Source: a virus (Duplodnaviria; Heunggongvirae; Uroviricota; Caudoviricetes). From it: a stretch of 64,000 nt of DNA. The notes below the pieces were generated by a model that did not search any database, was not told where the DNA came from, and saw nothing but the letters and a program-made list of their open reading frames with translations. The translations under genes were made by a program, and so were the position numbers. Positions 42,662 through 52,377 of the stretch are shown here, one piece after another (the first letter of the stretch is position 1; every line of letters begins with the position of its first letter). The DNA lies in IMG/VR virus record IMGVR_UViG_3300045988_147305. One strand, given 5' to 3'.

Positions 42662-42676
42662 AATTATTAGTGCAAT
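42662..42676 (-). promoter_or_regulatory. C1 operator-like site
   Basis: Reverse complement reads ATTGCACTAATAATT. Confidence 0.45.
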
Positions 42677-42733
42677 TTTGATTGTGAAATGTATCATTCT
42701 GCCCTTAAGTAGGTTCTTCACGAGGAAACAAAA

Positions 42734-42979
42734 TTGGCAGAACGTGTTGATGATGCAGAGCTGAGCATGAATCAGTTAGAAGCTCTCAAAGACATGGCCA
42801 TCGATAACATCAGAAAGCAGGCACAGGTCGTGAGCCAGGTATTTACAGGGAAGTGTCGTTACTGCAATGAATCGATTGAATCAGGCATTTATTGTGACGC
42901 TGAATGTGCGCAATGGCACAGGGAAGAGCAGGCCGCAAAACAGCGTAAATATGGCATGCGACCGGCAGGATTTGACTGA
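42734..42979 (+). CDS. Small zinc-ribbon protein
   Basis: 81 aa with C-x2-C-x9-C-x3-C. Confidence 0.45.
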   Translation: MAERVDDAELSMNQLEALKDMAIDNIRKQAQVVSQVFTGKCRYCNESIESGIYCDAECAQWHREEQAAKQRKYGMRPAGFD

Positions 42980-42981
42980 TT

Positions 42982-43560
42982 ATGTTGCGCTTTACTGAGG
43001 AAGAGTTTCAGGCTTTTAGTGAGCGTCGAAATAAGGGGCGGTCCAGGCCAAAAACCAAAAAGGATCCATTCTTATCGCCTGCGCCGGTAAAAGAAGTTTC
43101 TCCACATGCGAAGGCACTTGCAGCACTTGCAAAGAACCCAGACCTGCGCGACGGAAATTGCGAGCACTTCGAGCAGGTTTTCATTTTTGATTACTTCGAA
43201 CGCAAGCACCCTGACATCTATGAGCTGTTGCATGCAACGCCTAACGGAGGGAAACGTTCAAAAGCAACCGCCGGGAAAATGAAGGCTGAAGGGCAGAAAA
43301 AAGGTTATCCGGACATGAGTCTCGATAAAGCATGCGGTATTTATCACGGCATGCGAATTGAGCTTAAAGAACCAAATGGTAAAGCCCCGACGAAAGAGCA
43401 GATCGCCTGGATGCGCAGGCTTAGAGAGGAAGGTTACTACGTCGTTCTTGCGTACGGTGCAGAACAAGCGATTACCGCCATCCTGGAATACATAAGTCTT
43501 AAAAAGGGTGAGGCTATTGAGCATGTATTGAACGGCGATAAGTGGTTGCATGCTGCTTAA
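42982..43560 (+). CDS. VRR-NUC domain nuclease
   Basis: PD-(D/E)xK-type core (GYPDMSL...ELKEPNGKAPTKEQIAWMRRLREEGYYV) typical of VRR-NUC. Confidence 0.55.
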   Translation: MLRFTEEEFQAFSERRNKGRSRPKTKKDPFLSPAPVKEVSPHAKALAALAKNPDLRDGNCEHFEQVFIFDYFERKHPDIYELLHATPNGGKRSKATAGKMKAEGQKKGYPDMSLDKACGIYHGMRIELKEPNGKAPTKEQIAWMRRLREEGYYVVLAYGAEQAITAILEYISLKKGEAIEHVLNGDKWLHAA

Positions 43561-43723
43561 AATAATAAATTAATTAGTGCATGTGCGCTCTTTGTGGTAG
43601 TGCACTTTAACATCGGGAGAATAATCGTGTCATCCAAGGTTAATTATGAGTCGCTGGCATCGGTCATGCCGCGTAATGAACAGGAAACAGATGCTGTAGT
43701 GGACCCTGTAATCGCTGAAATGA

Positions 43724-44386
43724 ATGCTCGCCTGGAGGCTGAATTTGCAGCTGAGAATGAACATACCACCCAGGGCGACTAGGACTGTTTTTTGTGTCGG
43801 TAGCGGTCCGTCACTCACTCGTGAGGACTGTGCTGCTATAGAAAAAACTGGCTGTTCAATCATCGCGGTTAACAATTCCTGGCAGATGTTCGATGACATT
43901 TATGCCTTATACGCCGGTGATTTGTCATGGTGGAAGCAATACGGTTCCACCATACCGGGAGGGAGGTTCCGCAAAGTGACAGCCAACCTGGCGGCGGCGA
44001 AATCATTTTCGTTGGAGTACAGGCGATATTGTGGACCGGCGGAAGGGGTAAATAGCGGCGCGCAGGCTATCAGTCTGGCTGCTGAATCAGGGGCTGAAGT
44101 AGTGGTATTAGTCGGCTATGACTGTTCTCTGCAAAACGGCCTTCATTGGCATGGCGCGCACCCTCAAGCCCTACGGAATCCAACGCAGGTGTCTATTTCA
44201 AAATGGCAACAGCAGTTCCTGGATACCCGCAAAAAACACGCAGATTTACATATTTTGAATGCAAGTAGGAGCAGTGCAATTCAATGTTTCCCAAGAATAA
44301 ATTTAGAGGCAGTGATCGCGTTATTATCGTCGGCAGTGGCCCAAGCGCCGCAAACTTTGTTGCGCCGCGCGGAGTGCCGATTATAG
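43724..44386 (+). CDS. MptE/DUF115-like Rossmann-fold protein, paralog 1
   Basis: FCVGSGPSL ... IIAVNNS ... NSGAQAISLA ... VVLVGYD pattern; start uncertain. Confidence 0.4.
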   Translation: MLAWRLNLQLRMNIPPRATRTVFCVGSGPSLTREDCAAIEKTGCSIIAVNNSWQMFDDIYALYAGDLSWWKQYGSTIPGGRFRKVTANLAAAKSFSLEYRRYCGPAEGVNSGAQAISLAAESGAEVVVLVGYDCSLQNGLHWHGAHPQALRNPTQVSISKWQQQFLDTRKKHADLHILNASRSSAIQCFPRINLEAVIALLSSAVAQAPQTLLRRAECRL

Positions 44387-44910
44387 CGGTCAATGGGGCC
44401 ATCGACTGGCTGAACCGCGCTTCTTATTTTTTCACCCTTGATCCATCCCCAGACAATATGCGGCGCGTTGGTCGTGGCCGCCGTCGCCGTGGTGTTTGTT
44501 ATTGCATGGCACTACCCGATGTTAAAGAACGTGAAGTCAGAGATGGCGTTCTGTGCTTCCGTCGTGTGGCTGAACGCGGCATGGAGCCAAAAAATACGAA
44601 TTCTCCCGAGTGGTGGGCGTGGCGCTGGTCCGCACATTTCGGCCTTTGCGAAGATGAGAATGAAATTGCCAGCGGCAATAGTGCATATGGTGCTCTGAAC
44701 CTGGCTTTCCATATCGGATTCAAACATGTAGCTCTGGTGGGCGTTGACGCTACGCAAGAACTACGCGTTCACTCCGGCGGCACGCCAAAAAATCTAAGTC
44801 ACCTGCCTTTGTTATTCCAGTCTGCGCGTGAACAGATTGACGTTGTTTCATGCGGGAAAATGGGAGGTATTCCGCAGATGACTCTTAAAGAATGGCTGAA
44901 GAATACATGA
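44284..44910 (+). CDS. MptE/DUF115-like Rossmann-fold protein, paralog 2
   Basis: VIIVGSGPS ... IIAVNGA ... [10 protein letters not shown] ... VALVGVD, same pattern as the upstream gene. Confidence 0.4.
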   Translation: MFPKNKFRGSDRVIIVGSGPSAANFVAPRGVPIIAVNGAIDWLNRASYFFTLDPSPDNMRRVGRGRRRRGVCYCMALPDVKEREVRDGVLCFRRVAERGMEPKNTNSPEWWAWRWSAHFGLCEDENEIASGNSAYGALNLAFHIGFKHVALVGVDATQELRVHSGGTPKNLSHLPLLFQSAREQIDVVSCGKMGGIPQMTLKEWLKNT

Positions 44911-45584
44911 TGGCACCCACAATTTATCACCGTATCGACGGTACCAAATACAGGAATGTCTGGGTTGTTGGTGATCTGCATGGTTGCTACACCAGACTGA
45001 TGTCCGAACTCCATCGTGTGGATTTTGACCCGGCGCAGGATTTACTGATATCGGTCGGCGACCTTATCGATCGCGGTACTGAAAATGTCGAATGTCTGGA
45101 ACTATTGCAGATGCCCTGGTTCAGGGCAGTGATGGGGAACCATGAGCGGCTGATGATTGATGCGTTAAGTCCAGATGGCAACGTGAATAACTGGCTAATG
45201 AATGGCGGACAATGGTTCTTCATGCTGGACACTGATCAGGAAATATTAGCCTGGGCGCTGGTGGAGCTGGTAAAGCGTCTGCCCTATATCATTGAGTTGA
45301 ACACCGGGCAAGAAACTATCGTTATAGCCCATGCCGACTATCCGGATAATGAATACCAATTCGGTAAGGAGGTGCCGCTTTTCAACGTTGTCTGGGCGCG
45401 CGAGCGTATCAGTGATTCGATGGATGATATTGGTGGCGAAATTTCGGGCGCAGATCGTTTTATCTTTGGTCACACTCCGGTGAAAAGCCCGAAGACATTC
45501 TGGAATCAGCAGTATATCGACACTGGTGCCGTATTTTGCGGAAACCTGACATTGATGAAAGTGAAAGGTGATGGTGCAGCATGA
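44892..45584 (+). CDS. pap: Ser/Thr protein phosphatase (lambda PPase-like; Pap)
   Basis: Calcineurin-like metallophosphatase motifs GDLHG, GDLIDRG, GNHE. Confidence 0.8.
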   Translation: MAEEYMMAPTIYHRIDGTKYRNVWVVGDLHGCYTRLMSELHRVDFDPAQDLLISVGDLIDRGTENVECLELLQMPWFRAVMGNHERLMIDALSPDGNVNNWLMNGGQWFFMLDTDQEILAWALVELVKRLPYIIELNTGQETIVIAHADYPDNEYQFGKEVPLFNVVWARERISDSMDDIGGEISGADRFIFGHTPVKSPKTFWNQQYIDTGAVFCGNLTLMKVKGDGAA

Positions 45585-46282
45585 AGATTGCTTTAGTTTT
45601 TCGCTCTGGTGGTGACTATAACGCTTCCGATGTGCAGTGGCTGGTTAATCAACTGCCAAAAGACTATGAAATTATTTGCCTGACAGACCTGAAGTGTTTA
45701 CATGTACCTGGCGTCAAAGTTATCCCATTGATCAACCAGTGGCAAAAGTGCCGTGGCTGGTGGGCGAAAATCGAGTTGTTCCGACCGGATATAACCGATG
45801 ATCTGTTCTATCTGGATTTGGACACGGTTATTGCCGGTGATATACGCCCAATCCTAGAGCATCCACCAACCAGCTTCACCATGCTTAGGGATTTTTACCA
45901 TCCACAATATCGTGGCAGCGGTGCCCTGTGGATACCAAATAGTGTTAAAGCGCATATCTGGAGTTCATTCTGGCAAGATCCGGAAGGTTGGATTTCTCGT
46001 TGTGTCACTACTGAGTGCTGGGGTGACCAGGGGTTCTTACGAAAGGTTATGGGCGATGATACACCAGCATTTCAGGATCTGTATCCAGGATGGTTTGTAA
46101 GTTACAAGGCCGATGTTGTGGAACCTGGTTCAAAATATGCGAGCGCGCGTTACTCCAGGGGGAATGGGACATTACCAAAAGACTGCCGAATAATCTTTTT
46201 CCACGGCAAACCGCGACCTCGCGAAGTGTCAGAGGATTGGCTTCCCCTTATCAGCTCATTTTTTGAGCGAGAATCAGAATAA
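45581..46282 (+). CDS. GT-A-like nucleotide-sugar transferase (DxD motif)
   Basis: 233 aa with YLDLDTV. Confidence 0.45.
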   Translation: MKIALVFRSGGDYNASDVQWLVNQLPKDYEIICLTDLKCLHVPGVKVIPLINQWQKCRGWWAKIELFRPDITDDLFYLDLDTVIAGDIRPILEHPPTSFTMLRDFYHPQYRGSGALWIPNSVKAHIWSSFWQDPEGWISRCVTTECWGDQGFLRKVMGDDTPAFQDLYPGWFVSYKADVVEPGSKYASARYSRGNGTLPKDCRIIFFHGKPRPREVSEDWLPLISSFFERESE

Positions 46283-46283
46283 T

Positions 46284-46349
46284 ATTGCTCTAATAATTCC
46301 ATATTTTTAAAACGTGATGTACACTCATCACGTTTTTTATTAGAGCAAT
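46284..46349. promoter_or_regulatory. Two inverted C1 operators flanking a terminator hairpin
   Basis: ATTGCTCTAATAATTCC (46284-46300), hairpin AACGTGATG/CATCACGTT plus T-run (46309-46340), reverse-complement ATTGCTCTAATAAAA (46335-46349). Confidence 0.65.
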
Positions 46350-46363
46350 CTACAAGGTGCACT

Positions 46364-46582
46364 ATGTGGCCATTCCGACGGAAATATCACTACTGGCTGA
46401 TCGCCTTTGTTACGCCGACCGGCGGTATCAGGCATGTCATCACCAGGTATCGCAACAAGAGACTCACCTTAGCCAGAATTTTACAGGCTGCCATAGGTGA
46501 GGGACTGGATACAAATTGCGTAGTCCTTCCTCCTTCATACTTAGGAAAAATGACCGAAGCACAAGCTAATACGGAACTTTGA
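46364..46582 (+). CDS. Small hypothetical protein
   Basis: 72-aa ORF directly after the operator pair. Confidence 0.35.
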   Translation: MWPFRRKYHYWLIAFVTPTGGIRHVITRYRNKRLTLARILQAAIGEGLDTNCVVLPPSYLGKMTEAQANTEL

Positions 46583-46583
46583 A

Positions 46584-47846
46584 ATGAGCACTTCAGCACA
46601 AAACCAATCAATCGAAAATGTATGTATCCCTGATGTCCTGAATGCCGGTATCCCGGCCATTATCCAGAACATCCGGGCCGCGCAACGCCGCGTTAGTTGT
46701 GATGACCTCACAGCACGTTTTTTTGATAATGCGGTTCAGTCAGCGGAGATGCTTCACGCACAGCTTATTGATGTTTATAACGCAGAAGCTGATAGCCATA
46801 ACTCCCTGGTAGATGCAGCTGAAAATATGCAGTTGGATCTCGGTCTGAAGGGTAAAGAAATTGAAGAGCTTCAGCTGGAAATTGAACATTTGAAACGCCA
46901 GCAACAGGACGCGATCGACGATGCGACGCATGACGCCAACCAGCGTGCTGATAATGCCGAACGTATAAGCATTGAGCTGGAAACAAAACTCAATGAAATG
47001 ACCGCGATGGTTGAACTGCGGAACTCACAGATTTCAACGCTAAAATCTCAATATAAAGAGATCATGAAACTTGATCCTTTTAACCTTGAGAAACGCTATA
47101 ACAAAGCTAAAAGCGAGCGACAGGAACTGCGTAAGCAGGTCGCCGACCTTAACCAACAGCTCAAAAAAACTATTAAAGATGCAAGCGAGGCGCGCGTGGC
47201 ATTTGCTAATAAAAAAGCAGAGGTTACCGCGCTGGTTAATGAGAATGCCAAATTTGCGACGCTCAAGAAGGAAATGTATGGCATTACTGAGCGCCGTTTC
47301 CCTGCAAGCAAACTTCATCCGACGTTAGGGCAAATCTCCTTCTTCCCGCGCCTCCTGGCTTATGGGATCTCATCGCCTAAAGAGTTCAATAACGAGCGTC
47401 CTTATATCGTTTCTAAGCTGGACTTTGCTTATCAGTTCTGCTGCGACATGGGCTATGCCATTGATATCCGAATCAACGAATGGTTGATGCCAAACTTCCA
47501 GCCGTTGGCAATTTTCCGCGAGTTCCAGCCGGAAGGTTGGGTAGAGTTCTTCCATGAATTGATCTGTAAAGAGATGGAAAGCCGTCGCCCGGAATTGGTC
47601 CGTCGAGTTGAGTGGGCGCAAGAGGTTATGTTGGCAGATGCAGAGCTGCCGTTCGAACCGGAATTCATTGATGATCTGGCAACTAAAGGGCTGCATACCC
47701 TGTTTGATGTGGTTACCCGCCGTCATGAGCAGTTGGTTGTCGAATTGGGTTTAGAGGAAACTGCGGCAAGAAGACTTCTCGATGTTTGCTATGCACGTAG
47801 CGATGCATGGGAAAAAGAGAACGGCGGCACTATTTACGTTCGCTGA
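46584..47846 (+). CDS. Coiled-coil protein of unknown function
   Basis: 420 aa; long predicted coiled coil at residues about 60-220. Confidence 0.45.
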   Translation: MSTSAQNQSIENVCIPDVLNAGIPAIIQNIRAAQRRVSCDDLTARFFDNAVQSAEMLHAQLIDVYNAEADSHNSLVDAAENMQLDLGLKGKEIEELQLEIEHLKRQQQDAIDDATHDANQRADNAERISIELETKLNEMTAMVELRNSQISTLKSQYKEIMKLDPFNLEKRYNKAKSERQELRKQVADLNQQLKKTIKDASEARVAFANKKAEVTALVNENAKFATLKKEMYGITERRFPASKLHPTLGQISFFPRLLAYGISSPKEFNNERPYIVSKLDFAYQFCCDMGYAIDIRINEWLMPNFQPLAIFREFQPEGWVEFFHELICKEMESRRPELVRRVEWAQEVMLADAELPFEPEFIDDLATKGLHTLFDVVTRRHEQLVVELGLEETAARRLLDVCYARSDAWEKENGGTIYVR

Positions 47847-47918
47847 TAGTTACAGTGTCACTTTTAATGCTGGTGGAGTGCTCCCACCAGCATTTTTTTC
47901 GTCCAATGAGGAGGGCAT

Positions 47919-48425
47919 TTGAGTATTTTCAATAAACACGCACACCAGGAACGTCCGTACATCGTCATAGTAGATATTGATGGGACGATATCAGAGGCAA
48001 CGGAAGACAGGCTGCATTTACTTCCACCACCTGGCAAAGGTGCATTAACAGAGCACTGGAACGAGTTTAACCTTGCCTGTGACACTGATGCTCCCATCAC
48101 TCCAGTTATTGATATGGTGCGCCAGTTGTCCGGCATTTACACCCTCTGGTTTGTAACCGGGCGCTGTGAGATAGCCAGGGATAAAACACGAGCCTGGTTG
48201 CGTAAGCACGTAACAAATGGGGCGGAGCCTTTGCTATCTATGCGTCCTGCCACCGATGACAGAAATGACGGTCCAGCAAAGATTGATCTCCTGAAGAAAA
48301 TTGGTCTAAGTAAAATTGCGTTCGCGCTGGAAGATAAGATTGAAGTGGCGCGTGTTTTCAGGAGTCACGGCGTACTTACGTTAATGGTCAGGGAGTATGA
48401 AAACGCGCTTCTCCATCAACAATAA
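47919..48425 (+). CDS. HAD-superfamily phosphatase-like protein
   Basis: N-terminal DIDGT motif; 168 aa. Confidence 0.5.
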   Translation: MSIFNKHAHQERPYIVIVDIDGTISEATEDRLHLLPPPGKGALTEHWNEFNLACDTDAPITPVIDMVRQLSGIYTLWFVTGRCEIARDKTRAWLRKHVTNGAEPLLSMRPATDDRNDGPAKIDLLKKIGLSKIAFALEDKIEVARVFRSHGVLTLMVREYENALLHQQ

Positions 48426-48441
48426 TTGCTCTAATAAATCT
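48425..48441 (+). promoter_or_regulatory. C1 operator
   Basis: ATTGCTCTAATAAATCT. Confidence 0.65.
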
Positions 48442-48619
48442 TGATTTTTAAAACAGAGAAAGTGAAAATAAAAACATGCCGTAAGGCGCGGCATGTATCC
48501 AATCAATCACAGGAGCTGAAAATATGAACACGGCATTCAAAATCATTATGGCCGCGATCTATTTCTGGCTGTTCTCTATCACTTTTGGCGGCATCGTCGC
48601 ACATGGGTAAGGGGGATGC

Positions 48620-49327
48620 ATGAAAGGCGAAGTGAAAGAGCGCGGCATGATTTTCAACGATGAGATGGTCCGGGCCATCCTCGAAGGAAGGAAAACGCAG
48701 ACGCGGCGGATAATGAAAAATCAGCCTGCGGAAGTTGGTCCAGAAGCACCAGTGATGGTTAGAAAAATTGGTGCAGGTTTTCAGTGGTACGGGGCTGATG
48801 GTGTAAGCAGTGTTTTCAATTGCCCATTTGGTATCGTCGGCGATCGAATTTGGGTTCGTGAAACATGGGCGATATTAGGCAATGAGGATGGTTGCAGTGT
48901 GGACTGGAACGACAACCTTTGTCGTGGCGATGAGAAGAACGCAGCAAGGATTTATCGGGCCAGTTGCGAGCAAAAACCTGGTGATTACGGCTTATGGTCG
49001 ATACCCGATGATGCCGACTGGAAACCTCACACTGTGAATGAAAAGTTTGATGGTGGGTGGCGTCCATCAATTCACATGCCGCGATGGGCATCACGCATTC
49101 TGTTGGAAATTACCAACGTGCGCGTTGAACGGTTGAACGATATCAGCGAATGCGATGCAAGGGCTGAGGGCGTTCCGCCTGCTGGAAGTTTGCTTCCTGA
49201 TCACCCGGGAACATTCCTTACTCCCAAGGGGGATTTCGCAATGGCCAAGGTTGCGTTCCAGCGCCTGTGGGAATCCATCTATGGTGAAGAAAGCTGGAAC
49301 GCTAATCCCTGGGTGTGGGTACCGTGA
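48620..49327 (+). CDS. ASCH/PUA-like domain phage protein
   Basis: N-terminal MIFNDEMVRAILEGRKTQTRR ... GDRIWVRETW ... EITNVRVERL, a pattern common in prophage ASCH-like proteins. Confidence 0.45.
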   Translation: MKGEVKERGMIFNDEMVRAILEGRKTQTRRIMKNQPAEVGPEAPVMVRKIGAGFQWYGADGVSSVFNCPFGIVGDRIWVRETWAILGNEDGCSVDWNDNLCRGDEKNAARIYRASCEQKPGDYGLWSIPDDADWKPHTVNEKFDGGWRPSIHMPRWASRILLEITNVRVERLNDISECDARAEGVPPAGSLLPDHPGTFLTPKGDFAMAKVAFQRLWESIYGEESWNANPWVWVP

Positions 49328-49497
49328 TCACCAAAGATGGCCCGAAGGTAAAAAAACTGCACCAAACAGAGCGGATGTGGGTCGTTGGCAAAAACGAGTT
49401 TTACCACAAAGAAACTGGACGCCGCCATTTTGCAGAAAATACGCGCCGCCGACTGCTGTTAGACACCATCAAGCCTATCGAGGTGAAGCATGTTTAA
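49315..49497 (+). CDS. Small hypothetical protein
   Basis: 60-aa ORF; weak. Confidence 0.3.
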   Translation: MGTVITKDGPKVKKLHQTERMWVVGKNEFYHKETGRRHFAENTRRRLLLDTIKPIEVKHV

Positions 49498-49729
49498 ACA
49501 GAACGAAAAAGCTATCGCTCAAATTGCTGATTATATCCCGCGTGCGTGCCGGGGTATGCAGTTGCAGGAAGCCAAAGCGCGCCTGGAGAAAAAAATTGCG
49601 CTCTATATTGATGACGGCTGTGATTCCGCCGTTCTTAACGCGGCGTTCGCACCAGCTCTTAACTGTCACACTCGGGAGTCTTTTTTTTCGTGCATCGCAG
49701 CGCAACTCCGCCAAGGAGGCAACCAGTGA
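49490..49729 (+). CDS. Small hypothetical protein
   Basis: 79 aa; ends in the shared junction GGAGGCAACCAGTGAG. Confidence 0.35.
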   Translation: MFKQNEKAIAQIADYIPRACRGMQLQEAKARLEKKIALYIDDGCDSAVLNAAFAPALNCHTRESFFSCIAAQLRQGGNQ

Positions 49730-49744
49730 GTAACCGTTTTTACA

Positions 49745-50370
49745 TGATGTGCTTGCGTGAAACTGTGGGTAATAACGCCTCATTCCATTGCCATAACGGC
49801 AATGGTTACAGTTCTGATATCGATCGCGCTCATGTTTACACGCTGGAAGAAGCCCAAAAAGCCTGGAATTGTGGGCGAGATATCGATCAGCCTGTTTGTG
49901 CCGATAGTGTGGATGCAATGGCTGTGTGGCACGTTGATTGCCAGTACATCCCTACAGAAAGCCTGATTGAGTCAGATTGCACTGCGTATGTGGCCTACAA
50001 AAAAGGTAGCTGGAACGGCAACGATGTTTACTGGCTTCAACACGGTGGATTGCCAACAGATGACTTCAGTAAAGCGACCATCTTTAGCGTCGCCAACAAA
50101 AACGAACCAGGAATAGTTTGGTTGCCATTTTCCATTGCTGATGCAGCAAAGCGCCGGACGTTCAATATCAATAAATTTAACCGCAGAACAATGGTTCAGG
50201 GCGCAGGTTTGGTCATGCCTGACTGGTTGAAAAAGCAGAACAGAAGAAAGAAGTCGCGAAGCGGGAAGGTGCGTTGGAATTGTCCGCATTGCGGAAAAAT
50301 CACCTGGCAGTACAGCCCATATGATTTTGAAGGCTGTCGTGATTACAACTGTGAAGGATGGCGAGAATGA
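49745..50370 (+). CDS. Hypothetical protein with C-terminal zinc ribbon
   Basis: WNCPHCGK ... CRDYNCEGW motif. Confidence 0.4.
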
Positions 50371-51089
50371 CAATTGACTATCAGGTACTGCGTGAGGCGG
50401 CAGAAAAGGCAACACCAGACGAATGGGTCGCATTTATTTCGCCGGGTACTGGTACATATGCGGTGCATACACCCGGTGATAAACGATGTGGAGACGTTAT
50501 CAAATGGCCCGGCTTTGATGGACAGGAAAACGCAGAGAATAACGCTCGTTATGTTGCCGCGTTCAACCCAAAGGTTGCACTGGAGCTGCTTGGTGAAATT
50601 AAGCGCCTGGAGGACACAAATATTGATGCTATGTGTCGAATTGCAGAGCTTGAGACTAATCTCGCGGCGCTGGTGGCGGAGAATGCGGGGCTTAAGGCCT
50701 TCAAAACCGCCGTTTATCAGCAGATGGGCGTCGGATGTGATGCTCCTGAATTCTCCATTACGGTAGGTTTGAGTAACTTACGTCGTTTTGCTGACACACT
50801 CCACGCCATTGAGCGTGAGTTCTTTACCAAAGAGCTACCTGATGAAGAGCACGAAGGCGAAACATTCAATGAATGTCCACTTAGCTGGGGAATGAGCGTC
50901 GAACAGTACGTTTCCGAGTTTCGCAAATGCCTGGCTGAAGTGCGGGCGCAGGGATTGGAGATGTTTGCACAGAAATGTAACTCAAAATCCGAACAGTCAT
51001 TTGCATCTGATATACGCGATAACTGGAAACTACTCGGTGAACATGCCACTGACTTTGCCGCAGAGCTTCGAAAAGGAGGCAACCAGTGA
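50358..51089 (+). CDS. Ead/Ea22-like protein, paralog 1
   Basis: N-terminal IDYQVLREAAEKATPDEW and coiled-coil middle typical of lambdoid Ea22-like proteins. Confidence 0.5.
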   Translation: MARMTIDYQVLREAAEKATPDEWVAFISPGTGTYAVHTPGDKRCGDVIKWPGFDGQENAENNARYVAAFNPKVALELLGEIKRLEDTNIDAMCRIAELETNLAALVAENAGLKAFKTAVYQQMGVGCDAPEFSITVGLSNLRRFADTLHAIEREFFTKELPDEEHEGETFNECPLSWGMSVEQYVSEFRKCLAEVRAQGLEMFAQKCNSKSEQSFASDIRDNWKLLGEHATDFAAELRKGGNQ

Positions 51090-51838
51090 GCAAGATTGAC
51101 TATCAGGCACTGCGTGAGGCGGCAGAGCGTGCAATTCCGGCAATGGAACGCCTGTTAATGTTGCCAGTTGATGATGATCTGATAAGTGAACAGGAACTTA
51201 AAGATTACGGCGTGGATATTGATGCGCTCAACGCCTTCAAATTTCTGACCGGACCAGAAACCGTGCTGGCGCTGCTGGATGAACGGGAAAGAAACCAGCA
51301 ATACATAAAACGCCGCGATCAGGAGAACGAGGATATTGCGCTAACGGTAGGGAAGCTGAGAGTTGAGCTTGAGGAAGTAAAACAACACGCTGAAGAATTA
51401 TCCGAAACCAAGGCTGTTCGTAACCAATGGCGGCCAGATATTTGCCCAATAACCGGACGTGCATTTTTCATGTGGATTGAGCATCCAACATTGGGAAATG
51501 TGCCGACATATGGTGGCCCATTAGATAGTTACACCATTCCAACAAAGGACGGTGACGGTGAGTTTTCATGTGAGCGTTACGATCATGATTTTGGCGGTTG
51601 GGTAGAAAGCGAATGTCTTGGGGTATATCTGATTGATGATAGAGAACAATGCAGGGTCTACGAACTGGAGGAACGCGTTAAGGAACTGGATGCTCGGGAA
51701 ATATCGCTCCCGGAACGTAGCAGCATGCTTCATCGAACAGATTTTCACGATGATTACCAAACGGTAATGGCATACAAAGTTTCTGAAGTCATCGCTGCAA
51801 TCCGCGCCGCAGGCATTCGCATCAAAGGAGGTGAGTAA
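51086..51838 (+). CDS. Ead/Ea22-like protein, paralog 2
   Basis: N-terminal KIDYQALREAAERA, paralogous to the upstream gene. Confidence 0.5.
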   Translation: MSKIDYQALREAAERAIPAMERLLMLPVDDDLISEQELKDYGVDIDALNAFKFLTGPETVLALLDERERNQQYIKRRDQENEDIALTVGKLRVELEEVKQHAEELSETKAVRNQWRPDICPITGRAFFMWIEHPTLGNVPTYGGPLDSYTIPTKDGDGEFSCERYDHDFGGWVESECLGVYLIDDREQCRVYELEERVKELDAREISLPERSSMLHRTDFHDDYQTVMAYKVSEVIAAIRAAGIRIKGGE

Positions 51839-52184
51839 TGCGTGTGGCATGTATCGGCTTGTTACCGTACCCGACTCGTTTTTGGGCTTCTGCGCTAATT
51901 GCGAAGCCGTATGTCCTGATGGCTGACAACATCATCCCGGCACCAAAGCGCCGCCATACCGGTATTGCAGCGGCACGACGAGCAGCAAAGAGACGCAGGA
52001 GAGCAAAGCGATGAAAAACCGTAAGGCAAAACGACTTTTTTTTACAGCGACCTGTGCGTGTGGTGGAGCTGGTTATTAGCAACCATAAGATAGCGGTACT
52101 CCATCCATTTGGTCAGGTGGCTTTTGCCGCAAAGCGTAAGCCTACTGCGTCACAGAACAGGCGGAAGAAAGGGTACGCTGTAAG

Positions 52185-52373
52185 ATGAAAAACCGTAAAG
52201 CAAAGATTCTGTTAGTTCGTAGAAACGCTCCTGGCGTCTGGCAGTGGGTGAGACTCAGCAACCGACGGATGGGGTTGATGAAATATTACGGGATGATGGA
52301 TTGTGGTTTTTGCAAAAAGCCCAGCGCGGCGCAAAACCGCTGGAAAAACCACTTGCGCACTAAAGGAGAGTGA
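52185..52373 (+). CDS. Small basic protein
   Basis: 62-aa ORF; a truncated duplicate of its first codons lies at 52012. Confidence 0.3.
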   Translation: MKNRKAKILLVRRNAPGVWQWVRLSNRRMGLMKYYGMMDCGFCKKPSAAQNRWKNHLRTKGE

Positions 52374-52377
52374 TATG

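Noticed and set aside
43566-43590. Additional C1 operator at AATTAATTAGTGCAT
   Set aside because: Too many mismatches to the consensus to call with confidence.
51822-52082. 86-aa minus-strand ORF
   Set aside because: It is antisense to a coherent run of plus-strand small genes, with no RBS.
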